This document shows positions 45,796 to 58,448 of a DNA stretch of 64,000 nt, in pieces. Below the pieces are notes generated by a model. That model ran no database searches. It was not told the origin of the DNA and was given only the letters and a program-made list of their open reading frames with translations. A program made the translations under genes and the position numbers. Source of the stretch: Cladosporium halotolerans (Eukaryota); the NCBI RefSeq assembly GCF_011745625.1, contig NW_027191484.1:62001-126000 (forward strand), in the 5' to 3' direction. The stretch's first letter is position 1, and each line of letters begins with the position of its first letter.

Positions 45796-48095
45796 CGCCA
45801 CGCAAACAAATTTGATTTGATCTGAGTGAGGTCTGTGCCTGATACAGACAAAGCTTCTAGCGTGAATGTTTGAGAACTCGCAAAGATTGATGTGGGAGAG
45901 ATGCAGTGCAGACTGCTTGGTGATGTATCGCAGCGCGACTCCCTGGCAACTGAAGGATCAGATCGATCGGAGGAGGCGGCTTAGACCGTGTCCCGTCCTG
46001 CACATTGGCCGCCTGCATCCTGGTACCGCTTATGTACAGTAGTGAATGAACGTGTAAGAAATCAGGGCCTAGTTCCTGCATCGCCTAAGCTTCCCCGCAG
46101 GCATGCGATCAATGAGCAAACGGCAACTTCGTGAAGGAGCAATGCTGAGGTGTCGCAGCAACCTCATATCGGTTAGCCGAAGCCAACACGTCACACCTGG
46201 TTCAATGCTTCCCTGCAGCGAGACGTCGTTCCAGAGCTTCTCCGAGAAGCGCGTTACTGCGTCCACAGCTTGCATCTCGACTGCACTTGTATGCGATTGA
46301 TTCAGCCCTACATTGGCGCCCAGATTCAGGGTTTCCTCTTACGACGTGAGAGCTGACAGTCCAGACCCTTGACCTGCATGAACGCTGCAAGCCGTCCTCT
46401 GTGTCGTCTCCTGGAAGGGCCGCCTTTGATTGGCTAGTCACTATGGGACACTAGCGGAAGCAAGCAGCTGCCTATGAATCGCGGTTGCAAAACGCTTAGA
46501 CGGTACAATGCCATGCATCGCAAGGTCTTGGCAGGGGACCTTCTATGAGCTTCCATACGGTTTTGCTCCCCCTGCTGCGGAACGATGACCGCCCGCATCG
46601 GTATCAAAACCGCTGAGACGCGGTCTCGTTGCGGACGGACAGACGGCAAGCCCGCCTTGCGGCACGGAGCCGACCGATCGAATCAATGGTAGCAGAGGTC
46701 GCGACATCGGAGCTTCTCCGCGTCTGGCCCTCATCAGTGGACCCGAAGGCTGATCCTGCCGAAAAACCGGTCTTGCGCTTTTCTGCATGCCGCAACCTTC
46801 GTCATGGTCTCTAGCTGGATGCATTTGGATGCACGACATTCTTCTCGTCGTAGCGCATCTGGCGCATCTACTTTCAACTCTACTCAGACCGCGTGACGCC
46901 TTTCCGCAGGCTCGAAAGCAGACGCGTCGAACGATGACGGCGACGATTTGGACGAGGGGACGGCTGTCCGCGCGATCGGTGCCCCGACACATGGTCAGGC
47001 CGATAGGCAAATGACAGGAGAAGAGCAAGAGATGGAATATTAATCAGTTATGGCGTGGATAACAGATGCAGAGCGAAGATCAGAAAAAACGTCCCGGCAC
47101 AGGTGGACGGACATTACCTGTGCAGCTCTGGCTTGACCGTGAGCAGAACTCGGCCATCGCGGGTGTCTTCAATAGAAAGCGAGAGCGCTTCGAGGCAAGC
47201 GGCGGTGTGCGACTCGCGCAGCTTCGCCTTGCGAAATACGCGCATTCGGACCGCTTCCCCGGTGCTGCAGAGCTCCACCACCCTTTCCGGATAGAAGGCG
47301 CGAATGGCTGTGCAATCTACGCGCTCTCGTAGCGCCCGATTGCATAATCTCCAACCAATTGCATCTCGCATGAAGGTCTTTTGCTTGCCACCATCCACAT
47401 CTTACCGCGTGTTTGCCTTACACTCAACACCACTTCATTGTCCGAGTCCGAATATGTCTCAAGATGCCTAGGCGTGCATGTTCGCAGAGCGGAAATGTCC
47501 GAGCGTCAGGCAGCATGTGCCATACCTCGTGACCGCTTTAACCTCAGGCGGAATACGAAAGCGTTCTGCTGCGGGCAATCCGGCGTGTCGCAAATGGCTT
47601 CTGCCGAGCTTGACCTTCCATCCTGGACGACGGGTACAGTAACGGAATGACGTTCTTCGGCAGATTTGGCGCGCTAGCGGATTAAGCGAGGAGAGCTACA
47701 GCCGATCGTCATCGGGCGTCAGCGTTTTGCCACGCAAATATGTTCTCTCATGGGTTCATGAGTCCGCGGCGACATCCGCACACCTATTCCCTCGAAATGC
47801 CACATGTGCTTCTCTCCGTGCACTCGTCACGTGCTTGTCCAAGATAATATGTGAGTCCCCAAATTCCTGAAGTATAAGACCGACTCAACGGGCCCTGTGC
47901 GTGGCTGCCGGACAAGCGATGCGTCTTTGCCGCGATGGGGTGATACTGATGGCGCGAACAGCCTGCCTTCTACAAAATGTCTAAATGGCCGTGACAACTT
48001 CCATATATTCGGCCTGATCGATCATCTATGAAGAACTTTCAAATTTCTTAAGAGTACTCGATCGAACGACAGCCGCTACATCCACCGAACGCACG

Positions 48096-48602
48096 ATGAA
48101 CGAGAGCATGCCCGTCCATTTCTCCGCGGAAAGTCTCCGAAATGAGTGTTCTGGGACATCCCAGAGGGAAACTGGGTCTTCAAACGAGGCGAGTGAGAGC
48201 ACAAAGCGCATGCAACAGACAGCGAGGAGCAGCGACATTTCAGACATTGTACCGAAGCCTTGTGAGTTGGCTATCGCAATCACGGAGGATAAGAAAATGC
48301 GTAGTGAAGGCCGCTGTCTACATTGCAAAAAGAGGAGAGCGAGGTGCTCAGGGCAGCCTCCAGCCTGTCAGTCTTGTAGAGAGCGTGGGCTGACCTGCTC
48401 ATGGGACAATGGGCACGGTTTAACATGGCAGCAAGACCTGGTACGATCGCCACCAGACCAGCCACAGACAGACAATCTGTATACGCTTGTTTCTGCATTC
48501 CGAAGCAGGTCAGACGATGAGGCTACAATGTTGCTGGCTAGATTACGGCTGGGCGCTTCCGTCGGAAGTCTCGTGGAATCGATACGCACGGATTCCATCT
48601 AA
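48096..48602 (+). CDS. Miniature Zn(II)2Cys6 protein (168 aa)
   Basis: CLHCKKRRARCSGQPPACQSCRERGLTC..FRSRSDDEATMLLARLRLG..DSI*. Confidence 0.8.
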   Translation: MNESMPVHFSAESLRNECSGTSQRETGSSNEASESTKRMQQTARSSDISDIVPKPCELAIAITEDKKMRSEGRCLHCKKRRARCSGQPPACQSCRERGLTCSWDNGHGLTWQQDLVRSPPDQPQTDNLYTLVSAFRSRSDDEATMLLARLRLGASVGSLVESIRTDSI

Positions 48603-50353
48603 GACTTCAACGAAGACAAGTGCTCTCCTGTCACGCCTAAGGATCACTACGTTCAGAAGGCCATCCCCGAATGCTTGATCCTCGGCCTGTGATTGTCAGC
48701 TGAAAGAGCGCCGACTGCACGAACGCGGTAGTGAGATTCACGACGCGCTGTGCTCGACACTTCTTCCCAAACTTGCGCTGCCGGTACGAGCATCGCGTGC
48801 AACACAGAACCACGCACATATATCTTCATTGGAAAGCATGGGCAACGAGGCATTAGACGATTTCCACCGGACAGCATGAGGGCATCTGAGAGGTACATTA
48901 GCAAGCTAGAAACGTATCCTCGTACCCGGGGGATAAACGTCCACACGCGCGACGAACCGAATCTTTAGAACGGGTCTGCATCACTGTGCGTCTTTCGCAG
49001 GGCTGTTGATACGAATGTGCTGCACCGCACTCAATCCAAAGGATCTTGGGCAGATCGATTGTAAGTTATGCATGACGGGCGACTTCTCACAAAAGATGAT
49101 GCATGATGTTCAAGACTGCAGTAACCGACCAACCGTCAAACTGCTCAAGGTGTCATGACTGCAGATCGATGTTTCTGGAGTCGCTGAGCGATGGAGGCGA
49201 TTCCATACTATCCAAGCTTGCTCCTCGACTGCTCTTTCATCTCCTTCACCATCCTCCGCGCTTCCGCCTCTGGGTCCGTAGTCTTTGTATCGAAGGAAGC
49301 GACAGCGAGCTGAGCATGTGTGTCGCGACCAATTTTGGCCACGAATTTCTTCAGAGCCGTGCTTCGGCTGCGAATAGACTTGGAGAACGAAGTTCTGTTT
49401 GTCGCCTATCCTCTCACCAGCATCGACACGTAATTGAGCGTTTACATCCTCGCGTATGTGCAAAGGGGCGACTCGACGCCCTGGCGTGAACGTCTTGGTT
49501 GTCGCAGCCTTTGCAAGGCTACCTGGAGTCGGCGTATTGGAGAGACGGCTTCGATGGCTTCGAACGTTTTTGGAATTCCGTGATATGGGTTAATCTCGCA
49601 CTTCGGTATCAATGTACCATGGAGAGTGGAGCAAACGTCGGAGCAACGACCGAGATCACCACATCTGATGCAAATCGGCGCCATCGGAGGGCGTTTCAGA
49701 ACAGGAGGCCTTGAGCTCGATGTTGTTCATTCCCAGTCCCGAAATACGGTACGTCTAATAAGTAAGCGGCTACGCGCTTAGAAGCTGCTGCGTCCCGCCT
49801 CTTGACTATCTTTCCATGATTCGTCTACGCTATCAATTTTGCGCTATGTCAAGATTTGACGATCTATCATGTTTCAGGCGCAGGGTTGAAGAATACATTG
49901 TCTCGTTAGATGTTCCAACACATGCAAAGGAAAGCTCACTCGGTAAGAACAGCGCGCCCCGGTAAGATTCCCGTTCCCTCTAGGTTTCTCGTATTCACCT
50001 TGACTTAATCTACAGCCATGTTTTTATCCGGAACAGTCTCCTACGGTGTAGTTGTGGCCTTGTGTTGCCATATAACGCATGGAGACGTAGATTGCCCACT
50101 TCTTCGGGACACCAGAACTGCCAACGAAGACGCATTTTTCAAATCCGAAGCGACGCTCAAATGCAATTAGACTCTTCCCTGTAAGACTCATGAACCTGAC
50201 GCTGACTCTGCTCTTACAGAATGAGTAACGTTGAACCGCGTTGTGCCCTGCGTCAAGGTCAAACATATGGGCATGCTATGCAAGGCAGCAAAGATGACAA
50301 AAGACTCGCATAAGGAATACGTAAGGCATGGCCGTCTCCGACCATCAACTCCT

Positions 50354-51150
50354 TCAGTAAGACGCCCAGTCAGCATCAGGCCACCTCAAGTACTTCACTC
50401 GCCAAAATGAAGATCTCCGAGATACTCTGTTCAAGCGCACCAGATTAGGGTTGGACATCGACCCAGACGGGAGCAGATCTCGTACGGTCTCAGCTACTAG
50501 AATGAGATACATGCTCTTCGAGTACGCAGATAAGAGTCTCGCAACGGTAACATTGGAGACTGCAATGCCGATAGAGATCCACTTTTCGACACCTTGCAAC
50601 CTCGAGATAACCCAGCGTTACAACAGAAGACCGTCGCAATGAACAAATGATAAGAAGTCACGTGCACCCCGCATTCATCCAAGGCGTCGATCACGGCTGT
50701 CAGCCCAACAAGAGTTTGCACATTGCCTGCAAGAAGGCTCTCGTTTTCTGCAATCGTGTGATTCCTTCTCCACGTAAAGGTTGTGGGATTCTGAGACGGG
50801 TTCAGGGACTTCAGGTTGGATGTTGATGGTTCGGCGAAGTATACTGGATAGCATGACTTCCGAAAGAGTGTACAGTCTGTTCCGCGTAAAGACAATAGAC
50901 GAACACTACCGGACGATCGGCTGTGTGCTGGGTTCGAAGAGGATGATCAACAACGAAAGCAGCCATGACGGTTTCCCCGGCGCCGGGGATACCAGGATAG
51001 ACCGTAGTCGAATCCTTCAGGCGCATCCATGTTTGAAAATGATAAGGGCTTCATTCTATCATCAGTTCTGCTGCAGCAATGATGTCAGAAGCCCCGTGCA
51101 CTGATGTTGCGTTGCGATGGTATTAGGCGTCCAGTGCATTGGCCTTCCCA
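50354..51150 (-). pseudogene. Degenerate NACHT (STAND/NLR-like) NTPase remnant
   Basis: YPGIPGAGETVMAAFVVDH..VVFVYC (Walker A with K->E) and VIDALDEC (Walker B) lie in different frames; boundaries approximate. Confidence 0.7.
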
Positions 51151-51583
51151 CAAGACCCCTCAGGCTCGCCGCGGATATGCCTCAAATTGTTCCCACCCCG
51201 CACACTTGGACGGCCGCGTCCAAAACTCGCTAAGTGACGTACGAATATCTGGGAACTCTGTCGAAGCTTCGACGGCCGTGAGCTACGCTGCGCTCTCGCC
51301 GGCGATTCCAAGGGGTTTTCCTTGAGCGAAGGGTAAACAAAGTCTGCAGATGGAGCAGAGGACACAAGTCAAGTGGCACTTAAGTGCAAAGTTCATGGGC
51401 GGGTGCAAGGCAATGCAGCCGAAATCTACCACTAAAACGTATCACGCGAAATCCAAGCTCCGGTGCGCAATGTTAGGATGTGAAGGCGGTTCGCACGGTC
51501 GGATCCTCTGAGACTTCTTGGTAGTCTTGCCATGACAATCAATCTCCTTGCAGACCGTAGCAGTGGCGGTTCCTTGAATATCT

Positions 51584-52378
51584 TTAAGTTTCCTGTAGAG
51601 CGTCCAGCAACAACACGACTATCTGCGAATAACGTGCCGCTGTTGCATCTTCGTGCTGCAACCGAGTCTTGCATCTTTCAAGCAATGCTGCAGCGTCGTT
51701 TCCTGTGTAGTGGCAACTTGTCGGTAAAGGTATACTCCCGACCAACGCGGCGGCTTGGACAGCATTCCCGTGCTTGCCACCGTTGATGTTTGCATCAGCG
51801 CCATGCTCGAGGAGATCTCGGACCATGGCCACCTGTCCCTCAACGCAAGCAATTTGTAAAGCGGTATGGTAGGGCCCTGCGACTTGATTCACATTGGCGC
51901 CGTGTTTGATAAGCGCAGAAAGAATACGACGGTCACCATAAGCCGCAGCTAGTTGTAGAGGTGTGCCGAAGGACGAAGACTCCGTGTCGGCCGCCGCACC
52001 GCATTGCAAGAGGCGCTCGACAATGGCCTCGTTGCCACCAAGGATGGCAGCTTGCAAAGGAGTTTCGAACGGACCTCCGACGCAATTAACGTTGGCACCT
52101 CGCGTGATGAGCATATCCACCATGGTCGGACGGCCCTCCTCAGAAGCGGCCAGAAGTGCAAAGCTTAGGCACTCGACATCTCGTTGATCATATCTTTCAT
52201 GATACAACATGTGTTGGAACCCGTCATCCTCGACTTGGGCAACCGAGGAGGCTAGAGCGCATTGTTCCTCATGTGCGTGCTGGCAAGCGATGGCATTGGT
52301 GGTGCTTCGATTCAATCGAGGGCGGCGTGCAAAGTTCGTACTCCCCATACGGTCGTTTGGCGTCGGAGATCGGTTCAT
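51584..52378 (-). CDS. Ankyrin-repeat protein (start uncertain; possibly an NLR fragment)
   Basis: ALLAASEEG..GANVN, TPLQAAILGG, TPLQLAAAYG..GANVN, TALQIACVEG..GADAN, NAVQAAA. Confidence 0.7.
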   Translation of the reverse strand: MNRSPTPNDRMGSTNFARRPRLNRSTTNAIACQHAHEEQCALASSVAQVEDDGFQHMLYHERYDQRDVECLSFALLAASEEGRPTMVDMLITRGANVNCVGGPFETPLQAAILGGNEAIVERLLQCGAAADTESSSFGTPLQLAAAYGDRRILSALIKHGANVNQVAGPYHTALQIACVEGQVAMVRDLLEHGADANINGGKHGNAVQAAALVGSIPLPTSCHYTGNDAAALLERCKTRLQHEDATAARYSQIVVLLLDALQET

Positions 52379-54555
52379 GTGAAGAGAGATGGTGACACAG
52401 CTTGCAGCGCGGATGACCCAGCCAGTCGAGCTAGTGTGGGCTTCAGGTCGTGGATTCGGAGTGCACCAACTCGTGCAAGGTGCGAGCTTCAAGAGCCTGT
52501 GACGCCAGACCCGCCCGAGCAGCCTCCCGCAGATGCCAAGCGCCTCGTTGTGTGGGATCGACGCGTCTAGAATGGCCACGATTCGAGAATGGAGGGCGGG
52601 GTGAGTGTAGTGCCAACTTTTTGAAAGCAGGAGCCCTGCGATACAAGACCTGATGCAAAGTCGCAAGGAACTCAGAATCCATGTTTCAAGAAGCAGGAAT
52701 AAGCCGCCGGTTCCAGGAAAGCTGGCACGTTGGGCACAAGGGACTGTCCAATTGCATGAGGAGTACGTCGTCCAAATCCCCTATTCTCATCGTCGTCGAC
52801 AGTATCAGGATCCCAGCGTGTTGCGACTGTGGTGTGAAAGCTCCCAAAGACTCAAGTCCTGGCTACCGCTTGCAGGAAAGGTGACGCTATTCTTTCGTTA
52901 TTGCATTCGTGAATATGAAATTCAAGTATCAGGATAGAAGATGGAATGTGAAGACCAGGATAGCACTTAGAGGAGATTTTCCTATATGGGGAGCGTAGGT
53001 TGGCAACTGCCTGATTTAACTAATCGTGAATCCTTGCATCACGGCCAATCAAAAATCGGGACTACCTCACTCCTGGCATCTGTATATCAACGATACGGAA
53101 TCTCTCCTGATAAACCATCACATATGCTCAGTGCATGTTTAGTTACCAGGATGCGAGTGCGAATAAAATGTATCTCAGGACTTATGGTGTTGTAAAAATA
53201 GGATGCAAGCTTCCCAAGTCTGCCATTCCTTACGCCTAGGTCCTCGTTTTTCGGTTCGCAACCCTTGTTTAAGCTTGATATGCAGGTAGAGCACCTTGTC
53301 AGAAGTTGCAGTCCTGGTTATACGGTCATAGTCTCGATGTGTCAACATGGATTAACAGACCAAATTCCGCTATTCGGGATGTAGGAATTTGGCCGGGCGA
53401 GCGCCGCTTGTATGGTTTCTCCGGGAGGCCGCAATTCTGGAATTTACGGACGGGATGGATTCCGCGCTACCTTCCCTACCAGCTTTCTGCCGAGTAGACG
53501 TCCCCATGGCTTCTCAGAACCGCTGATGAGAAGCCTACGCGCTCTCGAAGCGCCAGAGCACACGACATTACCCTGTTCGTGATCTCTGAGACTTCCGGCA
53601 TGTTGAACGCACTGTCTCGGACGTGTAGCAGAACCAATGATGGGGCTACAGGTTCAACGAAGACATTCATTGGCCACCCTCTAACTTGCCCTCTCTTCTG
53701 GTCCTGCTGTCGCAGACCCCGCATTGAGGGGCTCGAGCTTCTTCTAGATTGCCTCGGTGAGCGGTGTTGGCTAGGTTCAATAAAGTCTTTAGTCACGACA
53801 TTTCGTAGATCTCTTCCTACTATGTCCGCCGCAGAGTGGTTGATGGAAAGTCACGATCAGCCCCGATTCGGGTGATCACTGACACCACATGACCATCCAC
53901 CAGGCGACCAACATTATGATGAAGCTGGCTTACTACTGTACGCCCAAGCTGTAATTAGTTTGTAGGTCCTCAGCCTGGTTGAATGTCGGTCTCGCGGTCC
54001 AAATCTGGCCCTTTGCTCAGGAAATTCTTTCCAACTCAGTCTCTTAAATGCTCTTCATCACCCGCCCCAACGACGGATGGGCAAAGTCTATAATGAAGCG
54101 TCCAGCTCAGCTCTCAGCTTCGATTACTTGATTGAACAATTTCATCACAGCACATGATCTTAAATTAACACCAGTCGTCGTAGATCATAACAGCGCAGCC
54201 AGCAGATCTTTCCACTGATCTGCTAACGTGACTCCGGTTTTCTCGAGAATTTAGATGCCCGATCATTCACAAGCCGACGCACGCAGCAGTCAGTCGAGGA
54301 TTCGCAACCGAAGAATCCTCGACTTAAAGCTCGTTAGAGCGCTCGAGAACCATGGTATGTCATGTTTGGCGTAAATTTCTGCTTTGACACATGACCAGCT
54401 GCAATAATCCGCCGAAGAACATAGCCTCCCAGGTCTTGGGCTTGAATCAGTTCTTATAGGAACCGGCAGTCACGCAAACTAATGGTCACAAGCAATCGAG
54501 AGTCACAAAATCTCACCACAGGCCTACCCCGAAATTGGGCACCGCAAAAGGAGAG

Positions 54556-55234
54556 ATGCCCGCTCGAAGCCAATTGACCTCACCTGCAGGTAATCTCACG
54601 TGATGGAATAACGAAAACACGTACTAAAAATACAGCAGCAATGCCGATGTACGAAATGGAAGATCTTGCGGACTCGTTTGCTCTTCTTTGGCCAGCAGAA
54701 GATCCAGGAAACTCGAGGACAGTCATGAGAGACACGGCTATGACTGCTATTGATAGCTTCTATGCCTTTGATATGACAAGAAGGACGAGGACTATAGGGA
54801 TTATGCTTGTCGAATCGACCGGCCAAATGCATGCAGCTGTGAGCGGGTGGCTGACCCAGATGTACAACGTCGCCACTTTCCCTCAGGTACCCCAAGCGGA
54901 CGCCTTGGGTAACGTCGTTCGATTGGCTGATCTCATTGGGCACCAACTTGAAGCCTCCTACCGTGACCGAGGAGAAACTGGCCGTTATAACGCCTGCCAC
55001 TGCGAGAAACAGCTCGTTGCTAAACATTTCTTTGGCGAGCCTCTCGGCAAAATAATAGATATTGTGATCAGTAGAGAGCCCTGCGGAGATTGTTGGAACT
55101 TCATGGCACGGCTGGAGCTCGTTCTTGGGCTACATGTCAACATCTACGTCAATGGCGAGCTTTCATTCCATGGAAGGGACGATGCTCTCTTGCGTGAGTG
55201 GCTGGCAATCTTTGGGGAAGTGCTGCAAGTGTAA
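54556..55234 (+). CDS. Standalone zinc-dependent nucleic-acid deaminase-fold protein (SsdA/DYW-like), ~210 aa
   Basis: AVSGW..GRYNACHCEKQL..IVISREPCGDCWNF (HxE..PCxxC); in-frame upstream micro-exon 54556-54589 with intron 54590-54635 (GTAATC..ACTAA..CAG). Confidence 0.72.
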
Positions 55235-55507
55235 CGCATCGAAGAGAAGCGTTAGTTCTAGTTGCTCAGAATTTACGTTTGCATCAGAGTTGAGGAAAGC
55301 TTTTGAGCAAAGTCACTCACTGTAATTATCAAACAGTGAAAAGCTCACCATTACCGTAAGAATGGGAGGAACGAATATTTGAGGACTTTGGAATATGCCT
55401 GGGGTGGGCGGTAGTAGCTCTTGATCATGTCGAGAGTTGTTTGACCCATCCTCGGAGTCGCCCGCTGGCGTCCAGCGGAGTCATGAATAGCGACAATTCT
55501 AGTATTG

Positions 55508-56697
55508 CTAAGTATCATCAATGCTCCAGAAGGGGTGCTCCAAAATCTGGTCAATGGTGAATCTAGCCTTGGGATCTAGATTCGTCATACCTGAGAACAT
55601 GTGTAATGCTTCAGGTCCAAGTTCTGCACCCCATTGCTCGAACCTGAGTCCAGGCTCTTCCTTGACCGCCTCATCAGCTATGTCAGAAGCTCCCCGCAGT
55701 GCAGAAGACCAGTCTTCGTCGTTTACATGTATAAAGAGTGCATCCGGCACCGGTCCAAAGTATGAGAAATGTCGAGTCAATATTTCTTGTTCCGGCGTGA
55801 TACCGCGGTCCTTCAGCTTTTGATAGCCGTCCAGGAGTAGGAAGTCGCCTCCTCCCATAGCGTATATTCCCTTATGGCGGGCGTTAGCAAGTTCCTAGTC
55901 TTCGCTTCGAGGTAACGTACCACGAGACCGAAGGAGTAGATGTCCGAAGCTTTAGTCACTGCTCTTCCTGTCTGCCCTTCTGGACTTCGCCACATAGCAT
56001 TGCCTATCGCATATGGGGTATAGCATGAAGCTCCATTTTTTGATTTGAACACAAGATCGAAGTCGCCGAGAGCTACATCGCTGACTACTTTTTCCCCTTC
56101 TGCATCGTAGGCCCAGTTGGCCAGAACGTTGTCAGGTTTCACATCTGCAGGGTGAACAGATCAGCTTGATGAAACGCGAGACTATTTAGGGCCGAGGAAG
56201 TACCGATGTGAATCCAATCCCTACCGTGCAGCTCTTGAATTGCTTCCCCTACGTGTCGTAATATTTTCTTTCGTTCTTTTATAGACAATTCAGGGCCATC
56301 TTGGATCAGAGCGAGGAGGGTGCTCCTAAAGTAGGGGAACACTAGGACACCTTCCTCTTGGTTGCAATCAGTGTGCAATCGAAGCCGACGAGAGTCCTGA
56401 AACTCTGATGCAAACCGCATAGACAGATCATAGAACTGCCTAGGCACGCGCTTAAGGACAAAATAGTCATTGCCGGATCTTCACAACTTGTATCAGTCGC
56501 CATAAAGGGCACATAAACGACCCAACATACTGGGCTTTGAAGATACTGAGCGCGTGATCCTCGCGATGTCGCTGCAGCACTTGGCCGCGCGCGTAAACGC
56601 GACCCGAGTCGCCCACTAAAGTGGATGACATCCTGACTGCTGTAAAGTGGGGTTGTGGAATAGAGAGGTGACGACGAACGATATTGTTGAATCGCAT
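55508..56697 (-). CDS. Fungal Ser/Thr protein kinase, 4 exons (start at 56697 or at the downstream MSST)
   Basis: FVLKRV, WIHI|DVKPDN, LGDFDL, GNAMWRSPE, SDIYSFGLV, MTNLDPKARFTIDQILEHPFW across intron-separated ORFs. Confidence 0.85.
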
Positions 56698-57320
56698 GAA
56701 TGAATATTCGGCAATGTGAGTCTGTTGATGTATGTAGTTTCCCGATTGTAAGGCTGGCTCTCGCTGAATTCATTCAGCAGTCTTTCAGAAAGCCCCACGC
56801 CAAGAAAAGCGCGTGTTGCGCCTGAACTGCAGTCACTCCGCGGGATCTTCTAAGCCAATCATTTAGTCTTGGCATATCTGAATACTCGGCGTATCGCGGG
56901 AGCCGCAGCTGACATGGCTGTGAGGCCGACAAATAGTTAGTTTGACCCATTTACCAACGGCCAAGCGCGCATCTACCGTTTGAAACACGATTCTCCGAAG
57001 TCACACAATGGATGATGCGCTTTTGGCGAATCTGCATTGACGTGTCACCAAATCAGCCTCGATTCGCTCCTTGCAGTGACGAAAAACATGAGTTCTTTGC
57101 GCATGAGATCAAGTATTGGCCGGCGGGATGTTCTGTAAGCGCTAAGATAAAGTGGTTAAGGACGACTGGACTGGCAAGTGTTCCGTAAGGGGATTCGGTG
57201 AGCCATCACTAAGCGCCCACAGCTCTGGTTCGATAACTAGAGACGAGTTATAAGGCTACATGGCAGCAATCATTTCACCAACAACTTCACTCTCAATTTG
57301 TATTACAGCCATTTGCAAAG

Positions 57321-57683
57321 ATGCCGAATAAAGTGATTAGCAGTTCTACCATCAAGACAATCTCAAACGGAGGCCGGCAGATCACTCTTCAATATGCTAC
57401 GAAGACCGACACTTGGAACCGCTATAACCTCGCAGTAGACGTGCAACAGAAGTTCGCCAAAGCCATGGAGAAAGCGGAAGTTCCGGCAGGCGCGACGACA
57501 GCTATTATGGCGTGAGTCAACCTTGCCTCCTTTAGCCTTTGGCAGTGCGCACATATTATTGACTTTCTTCGTGCCAGTGAAACCGAACATCCCAGTCAGA
57601 AGGATTCTTACCCTCATTACACTACTGTCTACCAAGATGAAGATGGGCAACATATCACCACGAAGCATGTCTATCCCAAGTAG
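57321..57683 (+). CDS. Small hypothetical protein (98 aa) with His-rich C-terminal motif, 2 exons
   Basis: TATAAG ~70 nt upstream; intron 57512-57577 (GTGAGT..TTGAC..CAG) restores frame to ETEHPSQKDSYPHYTTVYQDEDGQHITTKHVYPK*. Confidence 0.7.
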
Positions 57684-58448
57684 TCTGAGATTTCGGGAGT
57701 TTGGAGGACCAAGAAGCGCCTGAGGAGAATCTGAGATTTCAAAAGCATGAAGGGAGTGTATCTAGCGCATCCGCCTGTCGCTAATTTTACGATGGGCTTG
57801 AGCTGTGCTTCCGACTTGCGCAAAAGGATCCGAAGACTTTGTCCAATAGCTATTAGCCAGTTATTCAACGCTTAGCGCCAAACTTGTCGCGGAGCGAGCC
57901 GGCATGCAATCGCCACCAGTGGCCCTTTGACAGGACCCTGTAGATAACAGATCGATTGGTGGAAAAAGTGAAGCGCCATGTGCTTTGGCTGGCTGCTGGA
58001 GTCCAGCGAAGCGCCGCGGCCGCAGCACGCCATGTTTATTGCATCCGCTGAACCCCATCCTTTCACAAGCTCTACATTGGCTCACGGGCTATGACTGGTA
58101 TCAGCTCAGGGTTCGTGACCAACTTAGCCAGGCTTAAGCGCCGAAGTGTGATACGTAAAGTGCTAGAAATACCTATTAATGTGTTTCCGGCTCATTAGCG
58201 GCATTCAGATGGCTTCCCAATGTCTTTCCACGCCTATTATTGGACACAGCTGGCTTATCTAGCGCTGGGTCCCGATCCTGCTAAGTTGTCCTCGAAATCA
58301 TCACAAAGTACACAAGCCCATGCTCCTCGTCTGATGCTTTTGCATAGCATCCTCAGTACTTAGAGGCCAAAGATCTGCCAGTGTTTAGCGCTTGGCAAGT
58401 GCAATTTGACGAGTCTTCGTCTGGCCTTCAAACCGATCTTCACCAAGG

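Noticed and set aside
52680..54300. Short ORFs suggestive of further pseudogenes
   Set aside because: No motif I can assign with confidence.
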